64,000 nt of DNA from an uncultured Christensenella sp. (GTDB taxonomy: Bacteria > Bacillota > Clostridia > Christensenellales > UBA1242), in NCBI GenBank assembly GCA_910586385.1, contig CAJUGX010000001.1, forward strand, positions 144,702 to 208,701, given 5' to 3'. The translations under genes were made by a program, and so were the position numbers. Of the stretch, positions 55,560 to 64,000 are shown piece after piece; the first letter of the stretch is position 1; each line of letters begins with the position of its first letter. Below the pieces are notes generated by a model. The model was not told the origin of the DNA. It saw nothing but the letters and a program-made list of their open reading frames with translations, and searched no databases.

Positions 55560-57140
55560 ATGATACAGGCAATCAATGTCTCCCTTGCTTTTGGCGGGAG
55601 AAAACTTTACAAAGACGTAAACCTTAAGTTTACAAAAGGCAACTGCTATGGGATTATCGGTGCAAATGGCGCTGGAAAATCCACCTTTTTGAAAATCATA
55701 ACTGGCGAACTCGAGCCAAACACTGGTGAAATTGTCATCACCCCTGGGGAGAGAATGTCAGTTTTGGAACAAAACCAAAACAAATATGACACAGAGACTG
55801 TGCTTGACACTGTCCTGCTTGGACACAAGCGTCTTATGGAAATCCAAAAAGAAAAGGATGCCCTCTACGCAAAACCAGATTTTTCTGATGAAGACGGAAT
55901 CCGTGCTGGCGAACTTGAAATCGAATTTGCCGAGCTTGGCGGATGGGAAGCGGACGGAGAAGCAAAGACTCTGTTGCAAAACCTCGGCGTTGGTGAAGAA
56001 TTGTTTTATGAGACAATGGCGACACTTGATGCAAAAATCAAAGTCAAAGTTTTGCTTGCACAAGCACTTTTCGGAAATCCAGATATCTTGATTTTGGACG
56101 AACCAACCAACAACCTTGACTTCAAAACAATCCGTTGGCTTGAAAACTTCCTTTTGGATTTTGAAAACATTGTCATCATCGTGTCCCACAACAGACACTT
56201 CTTAAACAAAGTTTGCACACATATCTGTGATGTTGACTTTGGCGAAATCAATATGTACCTCGGAAACTATGATTTCTGGTACGAGACAAGCCAACTTCTT
56301 GCAAGACAAGCAAAGGACCAAAACAAGAAAGCAGAGCAGAGAGCAAAAGAACTTAAAGAGTTTATCGCAAGATTCTCGGCAAACGCCTCAAAATCAAAAC
56401 AAGCAACAAGCAGAAAGAAAGAACTTGAAAAACTCACCCTCGATGACTTCAGACCTTCTTCAAGAAAATATCCTTATGTTGATTTCAAATACGAACAAGA
56501 AATTGGAAAAGAAATTTTGAAAGTTGAAGGGTTGACAAAGAAAGGTATGTTCAAAAACCTTTCATTCACGGTCGAGAAAGACCAAAAAATTGTTTTCCTT
56601 TCGCAAAACAGTATGGTGCTCACAACCCTCTTCAATATCCTTGCAGGAAAAGAGGAGCCGGATGCTGGAACAATCCGTTGGGGAAAGACAATCAAGTGCT
56701 CATATCTTCCACAAGACAACAGAGAATATTTTGATGGCTGTCACCTCTCAATCGTAGATTGGCTCAGACAATACTCAAAAGACAAAACCGAAAGTTATGT
56801 CCGTGGCTGGCTTGGAAGGATGCTCTTCTCTGGTGAAGAGAGTTTGAAAGAAGTCAACGTACTCTCCGGAGGAGAAAAAGTGAGATGTATGCTTGCAAAG
56901 ATTATGCTTGAGTCTGGAAACGCGCTTATCTTGGACGAGCCAACAAATCACCTCGACCTTGAAAGCATCACATCACTCAACAAAGGCATGACAAACTTCA
57001 AAGGTGCAATGCTCTTTGCAACTGGCGACCAAGAAATCATTGAGACTGTTGCAAACAGAATAATTGATATTGTTGACGAAAACACAATCATCGACAAACA
57101 GATGACTTATGAAGAATACATGGAAAAATTCAAAAATTAA
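55560..57140 (+). CDS. ABC-F family ATPase (two ABC domains, no TM domain)
   Basis: Walker A GIIGANGAGKST. LSGGEKVR signature in the C-terminal ABC domain. Walker B ILDEPTN in both domains. Charged interdomain linker. Confidence 0.9.
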   Translation: MIQAINVSLAFGGRKLYKDVNLKFTKGNCYGIIGANGAGKSTFLKIITGELEPNTGEIVITPGERMSVLEQNQNKYDTETVLDTVLLGHKRLMEIQKEKDALYAKPDFSDEDGIRAGELEIEFAELGGWEADGEAKTLLQNLGVGEELFYETMATLDAKIKVKVLLAQALFGNPDILILDEPTNNLDFKTIRWLENFLLDFENIVIIVSHNRHFLNKVCTHICDVDFGEINMYLGNYDFWYETSQLLARQAKDQNKKAEQRAKELKEFIARFSANASKSKQATSRKKELEKLTLDDFRPSSRKYPYVDFKYEQEIGKEILKVEGLTKKGMFKNLSFTVEKDQKIVFLSQNSMVLTTLFNILAGKEEPDAGTIRWGKTIKCSYLPQDNREYFDGCHLSIVDWLRQYSKDKTESYVRGWLGRMLFSGEESLKEVNVLSGGEKVRCMLAKIMLESGNALILDEPTNHLDLESITSLNKGMTNFKGAMLFATGDQEIIETVANRIIDIVDENTIIDKQMTYEEYMEKFKN

Positions 57141-57143
57141 AAT

Positions 57144-57170
57144 TAGCGACCAACCCGTCGCTATTTTTTT
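57144..57170 (+). terminator. Rho-independent terminator
   Basis: TAGCGAC-caaccc-GTCGCTA followed by T7. Confidence 0.75.
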
Positions 57171-57642
57171 GCCACAATTTCTTCGCCTCATCAAAAACAA
57201 TATTTGCGCTTTCTTGAAGATACTTTGGCAATCCTTTTGAAATATTTTTCATTTTCCCTCTTTTTTATCAATGTAAATTAAAAATAAATAATTTATTTTA
57301 ATTATATTTGAAATTAAAAATTAAATAAAAATGATATTATTTTATTAAAAAATTCAAAAAAATATCAAAAATCGCTACATCGCCCTATTTTAGGGGTTTC
57401 CAGAATTTATTTAATATTATTTTTTGAATTAAAATAATTATTTTCAAAATATTTTTACTTTATTTTTTTATATTTTATTTCGATTTATATTATTAAAAAT
57501 ATATTTATTTTATTCTTTTTTATTTTTATTATATTTGTTTTTTATTTTTTGTAAAATGACTATGTTTTTTCGCTTAAAAACAATTCGCTTTGTGATTGTG
57601 TGTCCTCGAATATATTTTCTTTGGAAAAATTTGAAAATAGAA

Positions 57643-57671
57643 TTGACATTTATTTTCTTTTGTCATAAAAT
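57643..57671 (+). promoter_or_regulatory. Promoter TTGACA-17-TAAAAT for the glyQS leader
   Basis: Read directly. Confidence 0.5.
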
Positions 57672-57677
57672 AAAAAC

Positions 57678-57821
57678 AGCAATGACGGAATTGGCAACTC
57701 CACCAGCAAACGCTTGTCGGCGTAAAGACATTCAATGAAGACAAGGCTTGGCCTTGTGAAATAGGGTGGAACAGCGACCTAAACAATCGCCCCTATGCTT
57801 AAAGTGGCATAGGGCTTTTTT
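57678..57821 (+). promoter_or_regulatory. T-box riboswitch leader (glycine specifier GGC), short glyQS type
   Basis: T-box sequence AAATAGGGTGGAACAGCG (57758-57775). GGC followed by A at 57693-57696. Terminator CCCTATGC-n8-GCATAGGG followed by a T-run. Immediately upstream of glyQS. Confidence 0.75.
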
Positions 57822-57898
57822 ATTAAGCCAAGTTGCCGGAATGCGTCGATGGCGCAAAAAACTAAAAGGGCGAAAATGCCTATAAAGGAGACAAAAAA

Positions 57899-59290
57899 AT
57901 GGAACAAAAAGATTTGACAATGGACAAAATCCTCAACCTCTGCAAAAACCGCGGTTTCGTTTTCCCAGGAAGTGAGATTTATGGCGGACTTGCAAACAGC
58001 TGGGATTATGGTCCAATCGGAAGTGAACTCAAGAAAAACATCAAAGAACTTTGGTGGAAAAGATTTGTTCACGAAAATGAATACAACGTTGGTATTGATG
58101 CAGCAATCATCATGAACCCAAAAGTTTGGCAAGCAAGCGGACACCTCTCAGGATTTTCTGATCCCCTCATTGACTGCAAAGAGTGCAAGACCAGACACCG
58201 CGCAGACAAGTTGATTGAAGATTATGTTGTGGCAAACAACCTCTCACTCAACGTTGGAGAACTCAGCACATCTGCAATGGAGAAGTATATCGCAGACAAC
58301 AAAATCAAATGTCCAAACTGCGGCAAGAGCAACTTCACCCCTCTGCGAAACTTCAATCTCATGTTCAAAACTTTCATGGGGGTGACAGAAGACAGCAAAA
58401 ATGAAGTTTACCTTCGTCCAGAGACAGCACAGGCAATGTTTGTTGACTACAAAAATGTTGTACGTACTCAAAGACCAAAGATGCCATTTGGTATCGCACA
58501 AATGGGAAGAAGTTTCAGAAATGAAATCACTCCAGGAAACTTCATCTTCCGTACTCGTGAATTTGAGCAAATGGAACTTGAGTTTTTCTGCAAGCCAGGG
58601 ACTGACCTTGAATGGTTTAAGTATTATAAAGAACAAATGAGAAACTGGCTCTATGATCTTGGCATCAAGAAAGAAAACCTCAGAGAAAGAGACCACTCAC
58701 AAGAAGAACTCTGTTTCTACAGCAAAGCAACTTGCGACTTCGAGTTTTTGTTTCCATTTGGTTGGGGAGAGCTTTGGGGAATCGCCGACAGAACTGACTA
58801 TGACCTCACACAACACCAATCTCACAGTGGTGAAAACATGGAGTACATTGACCCAATCACAAACGAAAAGTACATCCCATATGTTGTTGAGCCAGCCCTT
58901 GGTGTCGACAGAATGTTTTTGACAGTTCTCTGCAACGCATATGATGAAGAAGTTGTTGGTGACAATGACACCAGAGTTGTGCTCCACCTCATCCCAGCGC
59001 TTGCCCCTTACAAAGTTGCCGTGCTTCCACTTTCAAAGAAGTTGTCTGACAAGGCAAGAGAAGTATACCGCAAACTTTCAAAAGAGTTCTGTTGTGACTA
59101 TGATGAGTCTGGCTCAATCGGAAAGCGTTATCGCCGTGAAGACGAAATCGGCACTCCTTTCTGCGTAACAATTGACTTTGACACTCTTGAAAATGACACT
59201 GTGACAATCCGTGACCGTGACACAATGGAGCAAATCAGACTCCCAATAAGCGAGCTTTCTGATTACATCTCAAAAGCAATCAAGTTTTAA
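57899..59290 (+). CDS. glyQS: Glycine--tRNA ligase (homodimeric class II)
   Basis: N-terminus [57 protein letters not shown]. 463 aa. Confidence 0.92.
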   Translation: MEQKDLTMDKILNLCKNRGFVFPGSEIYGGLANSWDYGPIGSELKKNIKELWWKRFVHENEYNVGIDAAIIMNPKVWQASGHLSGFSDPLIDCKECKTRHRADKLIEDYVVANNLSLNVGELSTSAMEKYIADNKIKCPNCGKSNFTPLRNFNLMFKTFMGVTEDSKNEVYLRPETAQAMFVDYKNVVRTQRPKMPFGIAQMGRSFRNEITPGNFIFRTREFEQMELEFFCKPGTDLEWFKYYKEQMRNWLYDLGIKKENLRERDHSQEELCFYSKATCDFEFLFPFGWGELWGIADRTDYDLTQHQSHSGENMEYIDPITNEKYIPYVVEPALGVDRMFLTVLCNAYDEEVVGDNDTRVVLHLIPALAPYKVAVLPLSKKLSDKAREVYRKLSKEFCCDYDESGSIGKRYRREDEIGTPFCVTIDFDTLENDTVTIRDRDTMEQIRLPISELSDYISKAIKF

Positions 59291-59337
59291 CAGGCGAGCC
59301 TATCTCCAATTGAAAAGATGGACATCTATAGTTTTTG

Positions 59338-59370
59338 AAAAAAAGAGAGATTGAAAAACCTCTCTTTTTT
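59338..59370. terminator. Bidirectional intrinsic terminator
   Basis: A-run, AGAGAG...CTCTCT hairpin, T-run. Lies between convergent genes. Confidence 0.6.
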
Positions 59371-59435
59371 ATTTCGCCCAAATTTACAATAAAAAAACAA
59401 CTCTTTTGTTTAGGAGCTGTTTTTTGACTTTGAAA

Positions 59436-59654
59436 TTAAACGTTCAAAAGTCTGCAAATGTGTTTTTGAGTAATCATAAATACAAGGTCCAAAATCCAGA
59501 TGATCCATCCACAGAAAATTCTGAGGATTGCTGCAACGATTTTGCCATCTTGAAATCTTGTAATGATACCCAAGAGCCATGCTGTAAATGGAATGATTGC
59601 GAGAATCAAGCTTACGATATAGCTCAAGCCAAAGTAATCAGATTTCTTTGCCAT
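59436..59654 (-). CDS. Small two-TM membrane protein
   Basis: ORF track 59436..59675. The ATG at 59654 follows AGGAGAG. Confidence 0.5.
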   Translation of the reverse strand: MAKKSDYFGLSYIVSLILAIIPFTAWLLGIITRFQDGKIVAAILRIFCGWIIWILDLVFMITQKHICRLLNV

Positions 59655-59805
59655 AACACTCTCTCCTTTTTTCAAATTTGTAATTTACTTACATTTTCAT
59701 TTTAGACTATTGCTAAAAAATTGTCAACAATTTCCAGTCAATAAAATATATGATTTTGGATATTATTTAATTCGCAATTCAAAAAATTTTTCTAAAAAAC
59801 TTTTT

Positions 59806-60579
59806 CTATCTAAACATTGGGTCTTTGCTGGTGAGAAAGGTCCAACTCAGAAGCGTCTTGAAGAACACTGCCCAATATGTCAATCTCGCACTGTCCAAAA
59901 ATTCTTCACACTCTTTGCACTCACTTTTTGACAAAATCTCTGAGAGAAACTCAATCGCATATTTTGACGCCTCTTTCTCAATCTGGATTTCTTTGTACTT
60001 CAGATAAACCGCAAAGAGAAAAATCAATATCCCCGCAGCGATAAAAGAAAGACCCAAAATCAAAGCATAAAGTTGCGGCAAAACTTCAACCAAATAAAGC
60101 ACACTCAAAACAATCCCCACAATCACCGCAGGCATAAAGAAAAGTCCACATAAGCGACCGATTTGTTTTCTTCTCCAGTGCTTTTGAAGTTTGTCTCCTT
60201 CAGCATCCTGTCTTGCATGCCCAAGTTCGTGAGAGACAGTCGCAAGCGAAGCAAGGCTGTTTGAATACATCGTGTCATCGCTGAGCGCCACCACTCCCGA
60301 ACTGTAGTGGTCATCATAAACGGCACATCTTGCAAGGCGAAGCCTTCCGCCAAAATTCTGTCCATTGATTTCTCTCACATATTCAACGGTCTTTATCCCT
60401 CTTGAGTTTGCCTTCTGTTGGTTTTCTTCAAGTTTCTCATAGAAATTTTGAGATGCAAAACTTGCCACCGACAAGCAGAAGCAAAGCAAAATCCCAACCA
60501 GTGCAATCGCACCAATAATTACATAAGTTATCATAGTTTTATTATATAAATTTTCTTCTATTAAATCAACTATTCGCAA
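59806..60579 (-). CDS. Membrane-associated neutral zinc metallopeptidase (Zn_peptidase_2-like)
   Basis: HELGHARQD (HExxH) plus N- and C-terminal TM segments. Start uncertain: TTG at 60579 or ATG at 60534. Confidence 0.7.
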   Translation of the reverse strand: MRIVDLIEENLYNKTMITYVIIGAIALVGILLCFCLSVASFASQNFYEKLEENQQKANSRGIKTVEYVREINGQNFGGRLRLARCAVYDDHYSSGVVALSDDTMYSNSLASLATVSHELGHARQDAEGDKLQKHWRRKQIGRLCGLFFMPAVIVGIVLSVLYLVEVLPQLYALILGLSFIAAGILIFLFAVYLKYKEIQIEKEASKYAIEFLSEILSKSECKECEEFLDSARLTYWAVFFKTLLSWTFLTSKDPMFR

Positions 60580-60621
60580 ATATTTGTTTCTGGTTTATTT
60601 TATTTGGCAACAGACCTTTCG

Positions 60622-62514
60622 CTACGTTATCAAAAGCACAGTCTGCCCTTTGTAAAGAATTGTGCCCGCTGGAGGAAGCTGTTTTTTCACAACACTCCCA
60701 TCTCCATCAACCTCATATTCAAGACCAAGTTTCTTGAGTTCTGCCACAGCGTTTGCAAGGCTATAACCCGTCACCTCCGGCATAACCACTTCAAGCAAGA
60801 CGACATTTGCGTCATCTTTTGGAAAATTGTAAAAATCAAAAAGTGCTGAGAAAAACTGCTTTCCATACGGCGCTGCAACAATTGAGCCATAATAAGCACC
60901 TGCGCTCGGCTCATCCACCATAATCAGCATGAGATACTCTGGATTGTCAGCAGGATACGTCCCGATGAAACTTGAGATATATTTGCCCTGGGCAATCCCA
61001 CCAGTCTCGCTGTACTTTTGTGCCGTACCGGTCTTGCCACCGACATTATATCCTTCCACAAAAGAATATTCTTGAACTTTGTTTTCTGCTTTCTGTAAAA
61101 GATAATTGACCGTCTTTTGTGTCTTTTCGGATACCACTCGCTCTTTCTTGACTTGCGGACTGTAGACATTTTTCCCTCTCACATCCACAATCTTTTCAAT
61201 CACAGTTGGCGTCTTGAGAGTCCCGCTTGTCACACCTGCAACCGCTGTCAAAAGTTGGACTGGAGTGACCGCCACCGCATGGCCAAAGCCCATTCTTGCA
61301 ATATCCACATTTTTGACATTTGCTTTTGGCATCAAGATGCCTCCGCTTTCGCCTTGTATGGTGATGCCGGTTTTCTTTCCAAGACCAAACTTTTGCATAT
61401 AATGATAAAATCTGTCAACTCCCAGTCTAAGTGCCAAGTCCATGAAGCAGCAGTTGCAAGAGTTTGCAAATGCCTCAGTCAGATTTTGACTTCCATGACC
61501 AATTGTCTTCCAACACTTGATTCTTTGTCCATCAACAATCCTGAAACCTGGACAATAAAACCTGTCTTCAAGTGTGACAACTCCTTCTTCAAGTGCAGCT
61601 GCCACTGTCAAAATTTTGAAAGTTGAGCCGGGCTCATAAGTGTCTGTGACCGCTTTCATTTTCGAACATTCAAACAAGGTCGACAAGTCATCTCTTGGCA
61701 CTTCGTTGAGATCAAAACTTGGCTTTGAGGAGATTGCCAAAATCTCACTTGTCTTTGCATTCATAACAATCCCTGTCACAGCCTTTGCTTTTTGCTCGGT
61801 ATATGCTTGTGACAAAACTTGTTCCAAAAGGATTTGAATTTTGCTGTTTACAGTCAGAGTCACATCGCTTCCAGAAATCCCATTGACATAATATCTCATG
61901 GTTCCGCCAATCTCTTTACCCTGCAAATCACTCTGCACATAACTGTATCCATCTGTGCCAGTGAGATAATCGTTTAGATACGCTTCCAAGCCTGCTTGCC
62001 CAACATTGTCCACAGAAGAGAATCCCAAAAGTTGCGTGAGCAAATCCCCATATACATAATATCTGCCGACGTTTTCAGTCAGATAAATTCCATCAAGGTT
62101 TTGGTTGTAAATCTCCTCAGCAACCTCTGCTTCCACTTGCATTTTCAAAAGCACTTCTGACACATTCTTCTTGGAGACTTTTTCAAGTGTTTTTTGATAG
62201 TCAAGTCCAAGAAGTTGAGAAAGAGCACTTGCTGTGCTTTCGGCATTTTTCACTTGTCTTCCTCTCACATAGACATCATAAGTGGTATAACTCACCGCCA
62301 GTGTGTCGCCAGTTGCATCAAAAAAAGAACCTCTCGGAGCGGTCAATGCCAAATCTCTTGTCCATTGATCTGTCGCTCTCTGCTGAAGTTCTTTTCCATT
62401 CAAAACTTGCACAACAAAAAGTCTTACACCAAGTGCACAAAAGACAATCGCCATCACCAAAAAAACAACTTTGATTCTCTTTTGTAACGAATGTAACGTG
62501 TAAGGTTTTTGCAA
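60622..62514 (-). CDS. pbpB: Class B penicillin-binding protein (FtsI/PBP2B type) with C-terminal PASTA domain
   Basis: STFK, SCN and KTGT motifs. N-terminal TM. TTG start lies 6 nt after GGAGG. Confidence 0.9.
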   Translation of the reverse strand: MQKPYTLHSLQKRIKVVFLVMAIVFCALGVRLFVVQVLNGKELQQRATDQWTRDLALTAPRGSFFDATGDTLAVSYTTYDVYVRGRQVKNAESTASALSQLLGLDYQKTLEKVSKKNVSEVLLKMQVEAEVAEEIYNQNLDGIYLTENVGRYYVYGDLLTQLLGFSSVDNVGQAGLEAYLNDYLTGTDGYSYVQSDLQGKEIGGTMRYYVNGISGSDVTLTVNSKIQILLEQVLSQAYTEQKAKAVTGIVMNAKTSEILAISSKPSFDLNEVPRDDLSTLFECSKMKAVTDTYEPGSTFKILTVAAALEEGVVTLEDRFYCPGFRIVDGQRIKCWKTIGHGSQNLTEAFANSCNCCFMDLALRLGVDRFYHYMQKFGLGKKTGITIQGESGGILMPKANVKNVDIARMGFGHAVAVTPVQLLTAVAGVTSGTLKTPTVIEKIVDVRGKNVYSPQVKKERVVSEKTQKTVNYLLQKAENKVQEYSFVEGYNVGGKTGTAQKYSETGGIAQGKYISSFIGTYPADNPEYLMLIMVDEPSAGAYYGSIVAAPYGKQFFSALFDFYNFPKDDANVVLLEVVMPEVTGYSLANAVAELKKLGLEYEVDGDGSVVKKQLPPAGTILYKGQTVLLIT

Positions 62515-62516
62515 GT

Positions 62517-63215
62517 CTAACCTCCAAACAACCCACTAAAGAAATTGCACACCTTGTCAAACCAGTTTGTTTTTTGCCCAGATTCTCCTGCGTCATAAAT
62601 GTCTTCAGGATAAGTCTCGATAAATTCCATACCTTTCTTTGTTGTGTCAAGATCTGCGATGTCTTTCAAATACTTTGGCAAGTTCACCTCATAAAGGTCG
62701 TATTCCAGCCCCGCCAAGTTTGATGACATATGGTCGATTGCAATGACATTTCCTATGCAGATGATTGCAGAAATGCCAAGCGCCAACGACAAAATCAAAC
62801 TGAGTTTTTTCTTTGAGGTTTTCTTCTTTGCCTTCTCTTTCTTTGAAAGTGTGACAATTTTGTCATTTTCTTGAATAAAGTCATAGTTGGGTTTTTCAAT
62901 AATTTTTTGACTTACTTCTTGCTTTTTTTCTTTCTCTGGTTGGGGTTTTCCCTCCAACTTTTTGTATTGCTCTTCAATGAGTTGTTCTTTTTCAATTTCA
63001 AATTCTTCGAGCATTTTCTTTTCTTCTTGCTTTTTGAAATCAGCAACTGTCATGTTTTCAAAGGAGTTTAGATATTTCGAATTTTCAGTCGCCAGCTCAG
63101 CAACAGTCTCTTGAGAGACAGTTTCAACTTCTGCCACATCTTGAGTTTCAACAGCAACTTCTGTCTCGATTTTCTCTTCGGTCTTTGTTTCAACTTCAGC
63201 AACAAGCTTGTCCAT
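62517..63215 (-). CDS. Bitopic membrane protein at the FtsL position of the dcw cluster (long acidic N-terminus)
   Basis: ORF track start 63329 overlaps rsmH. The ATG at 63215 follows AAGGAGG. Single TM LSLILSLALGISAIICIGNVIAI. Confidence 0.5.
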   Translation of the reverse strand: MDKLVAEVETKTEEKIETEVAVETQDVAEVETVSQETVAELATENSKYLNSFENMTVADFKKQEEKKMLEEFEIEKEQLIEEQYKKLEGKPQPEKEKKQEVSQKIIEKPNYDFIQENDKIVTLSKKEKAKKKTSKKKLSLILSLALGISAIICIGNVIAIDHMSSNLAGLEYDLYEVNLPKYLKDIADLDTTKKGMEFIETYPEDIYDAGESGQKTNWFDKVCNFFSGLFGG

Positions 63216-63252
63216 ATATCTTACTTTCCTCCTTTGTAAATTATGATTTTCG

Positions 63253-64000
63253 CTACAACTTTTCAACAACACGCAATTTTGCACAAGTGCTTCTGCTGTT
63301 GATTTTTTGCTCCTCTTCACTTGCAACAATTGGTTTTCTATCTACAAGTCTCACACTTGCTTTGTGCCCACAAATGCAAATTGGTGTCCTTGGTGGACAA
63401 ATGCAATCTGTGCTGTCAAGTTTGAAAACGTTTTTGACAATTCTGTCTTCGAGGCTGTGAAATGTCAACACGCAACCTCTTCCGCCTTTGCCAAGAAGAC
63501 TCACCAATTCTTCCAAAACTTTGTCCAATCCATCAAGCTCTTCGTTGACATAAATTCGAAGTGCCTGAAAAACTTTCTTTGATGCACCACCTCGAGAATA
63601 AACCACTTTTTTTGGCATGCTGTTTTCTATGATTTCTCTGAGAGCAACTGTGGTCTCAATCTCTTTCTTCTCCCTTTCAGAGACAATGTTTTTTGCGATG
63701 TTTCTTGAAAACTCTTCTTCTCCATAAGTCTGAAATATTTTCACAAGTTCTTCATACGAAAACGTGTTGACGATATCCTTTGCGGTCAACACATCTTCAC
63801 TTCTGTCCATCCTCATGTCAAGTGGTCCATCATGGACAAAACTAAACCCTCTTTCTCCCTCATCAATTTGATAAGAGCTCACCCCAAGGTCAATCAAAAA
63901 TCCGTCTATCCTATCAACTCCCATCTCTTTCAAAACCTGTGGAGCGTCTTTGTAATTTGATTTTGTAAGAGTCACTTTATCTTTATATTTTTCCAAAGTT
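63253..64000 (-). CDS. rsmH: 16S rRNA (cytosine1402-N4)-methyltransferase RsmH, C-terminal part (N-terminus outside the window)
   Basis: DLGVSSYQIDEGERGFSF, GPLDMRMD, LTFHSLEDRIVK. Confidence 0.85.
   Translation of the reverse strand, partial: TLEKYKDKVTLTKSNYKDAPQVLKEMGVDRIDGFLIDLGVSSYQIDEGERGFSFVHDGPLDMRMDRSEDVLTAKDIVNTFSYEELVKIFQTYGEEEFSRNIAKNIVSEREKKEIETTVALREIIENSMPKKVVYSRGGASKKVFQALRIYVNEELDGLDKVLEELVSLLGKGGRGCVLTFHSLEDRIVKNVFKLDSTDCICPPRTPICICGHKASVRLVDRKPIVASEEEQKINSRSTCAKLRVVEKL

Noticed and set aside
57130-57252. 40-aa minus-strand ORF (MKNISKGLPKYLQESANIVFDEAKKLWQKNSDGLVANFNF) with GAGGG upstream
   Set aside because: The SD spacing is only ~3 nt. The ORF runs through the ABC-F terminator and into the ABC-F 3' end. 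There is no supporting evidence.
57230-57560. Possible CRISPR-like or tandem array in the AT-rich spacer
   Set aside because: There is no regular repeat-spacer periodicity and there are no cas genes. The only structure is low-complexity A/T with one palindrome-flanked core.
57535-58144. ORFs 57535..57738, 57574..57786, 57732..57920 and 57779..58144
   Set aside because: They overlap the AT-rich spacer, the T-box leader and the glyQS 5' end. The promoter, T-box and terminator account for this region.

Overview
Low-GC, Firmicutes/Mollicutes-like chromosome segment. Nearly every gene is open under the standard code and has a Shine-Dalgarno site. The left ~38.8 kb is accessory DNA made of several adjacent modules. 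The right ~25 kb looks like core genome.

(1) 1-24.3 kb: a co-directional integrative conjugative element (ICE). Gene order is HTH and sigma-like regulators, relaxase, VirD4-type coupling protein, 1,481-aa repeat adhesin, VirB2/VirB6/VirB4-like T4SS, a block of small accessory genes (ArdC-like, DUF3846-like, LRR protein, primase, orphan m5C methyltransferase), then xis and a tyrosine integrase. It ends about 300 bp from a tRNA-Arg(UCG).

(2) 24.34-24.51 kb: the canonical tRNA-Arg plus a truncated tRNA-like paralog.

(3) 24.5-30.6 kb: a second, orphan VirD4-type coupling protein and uncharacterised membrane or hypothetical genes.

(4) ~30.6-38.8 kb: a visibly more AT-rich ~8.2 kb integrative element with iterons, a rolling-circle Rep, an XRE switch, cargo genes and xis-int.

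(5) 38.9-64 kb: cls; a 4,739-aa membrane-anchored giant protein; a leaderless basic protein; an ABC-F ATPase; T-box-controlled glyQS; a Zn metallopeptidase; and the dcw-cluster end (class B PBP, FtsL-position protein, rsmH).

The most unusual signal is in module 4. Its rep and xis genes are open only if TGA is read as Trp (5 TGA, 0 TGG). The other nine genes of that island use TGG for all 19 Trp, and ICE genes in the window use TGA as a stop.

Other notable signals:
- Seven ICE accessory proteins end in Glu-Met-stop.
- A structured RNA-like element lies in front of the T4SS membrane genes.
- A dispersed intergenic motif family sits at module boundaries.
- tRNA T-arm-like repeats lie at the ICE end.

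All calls rest on reading the sequence and ORF track plus remembered family motifs. I ran no database search, covariance model or GC computation.
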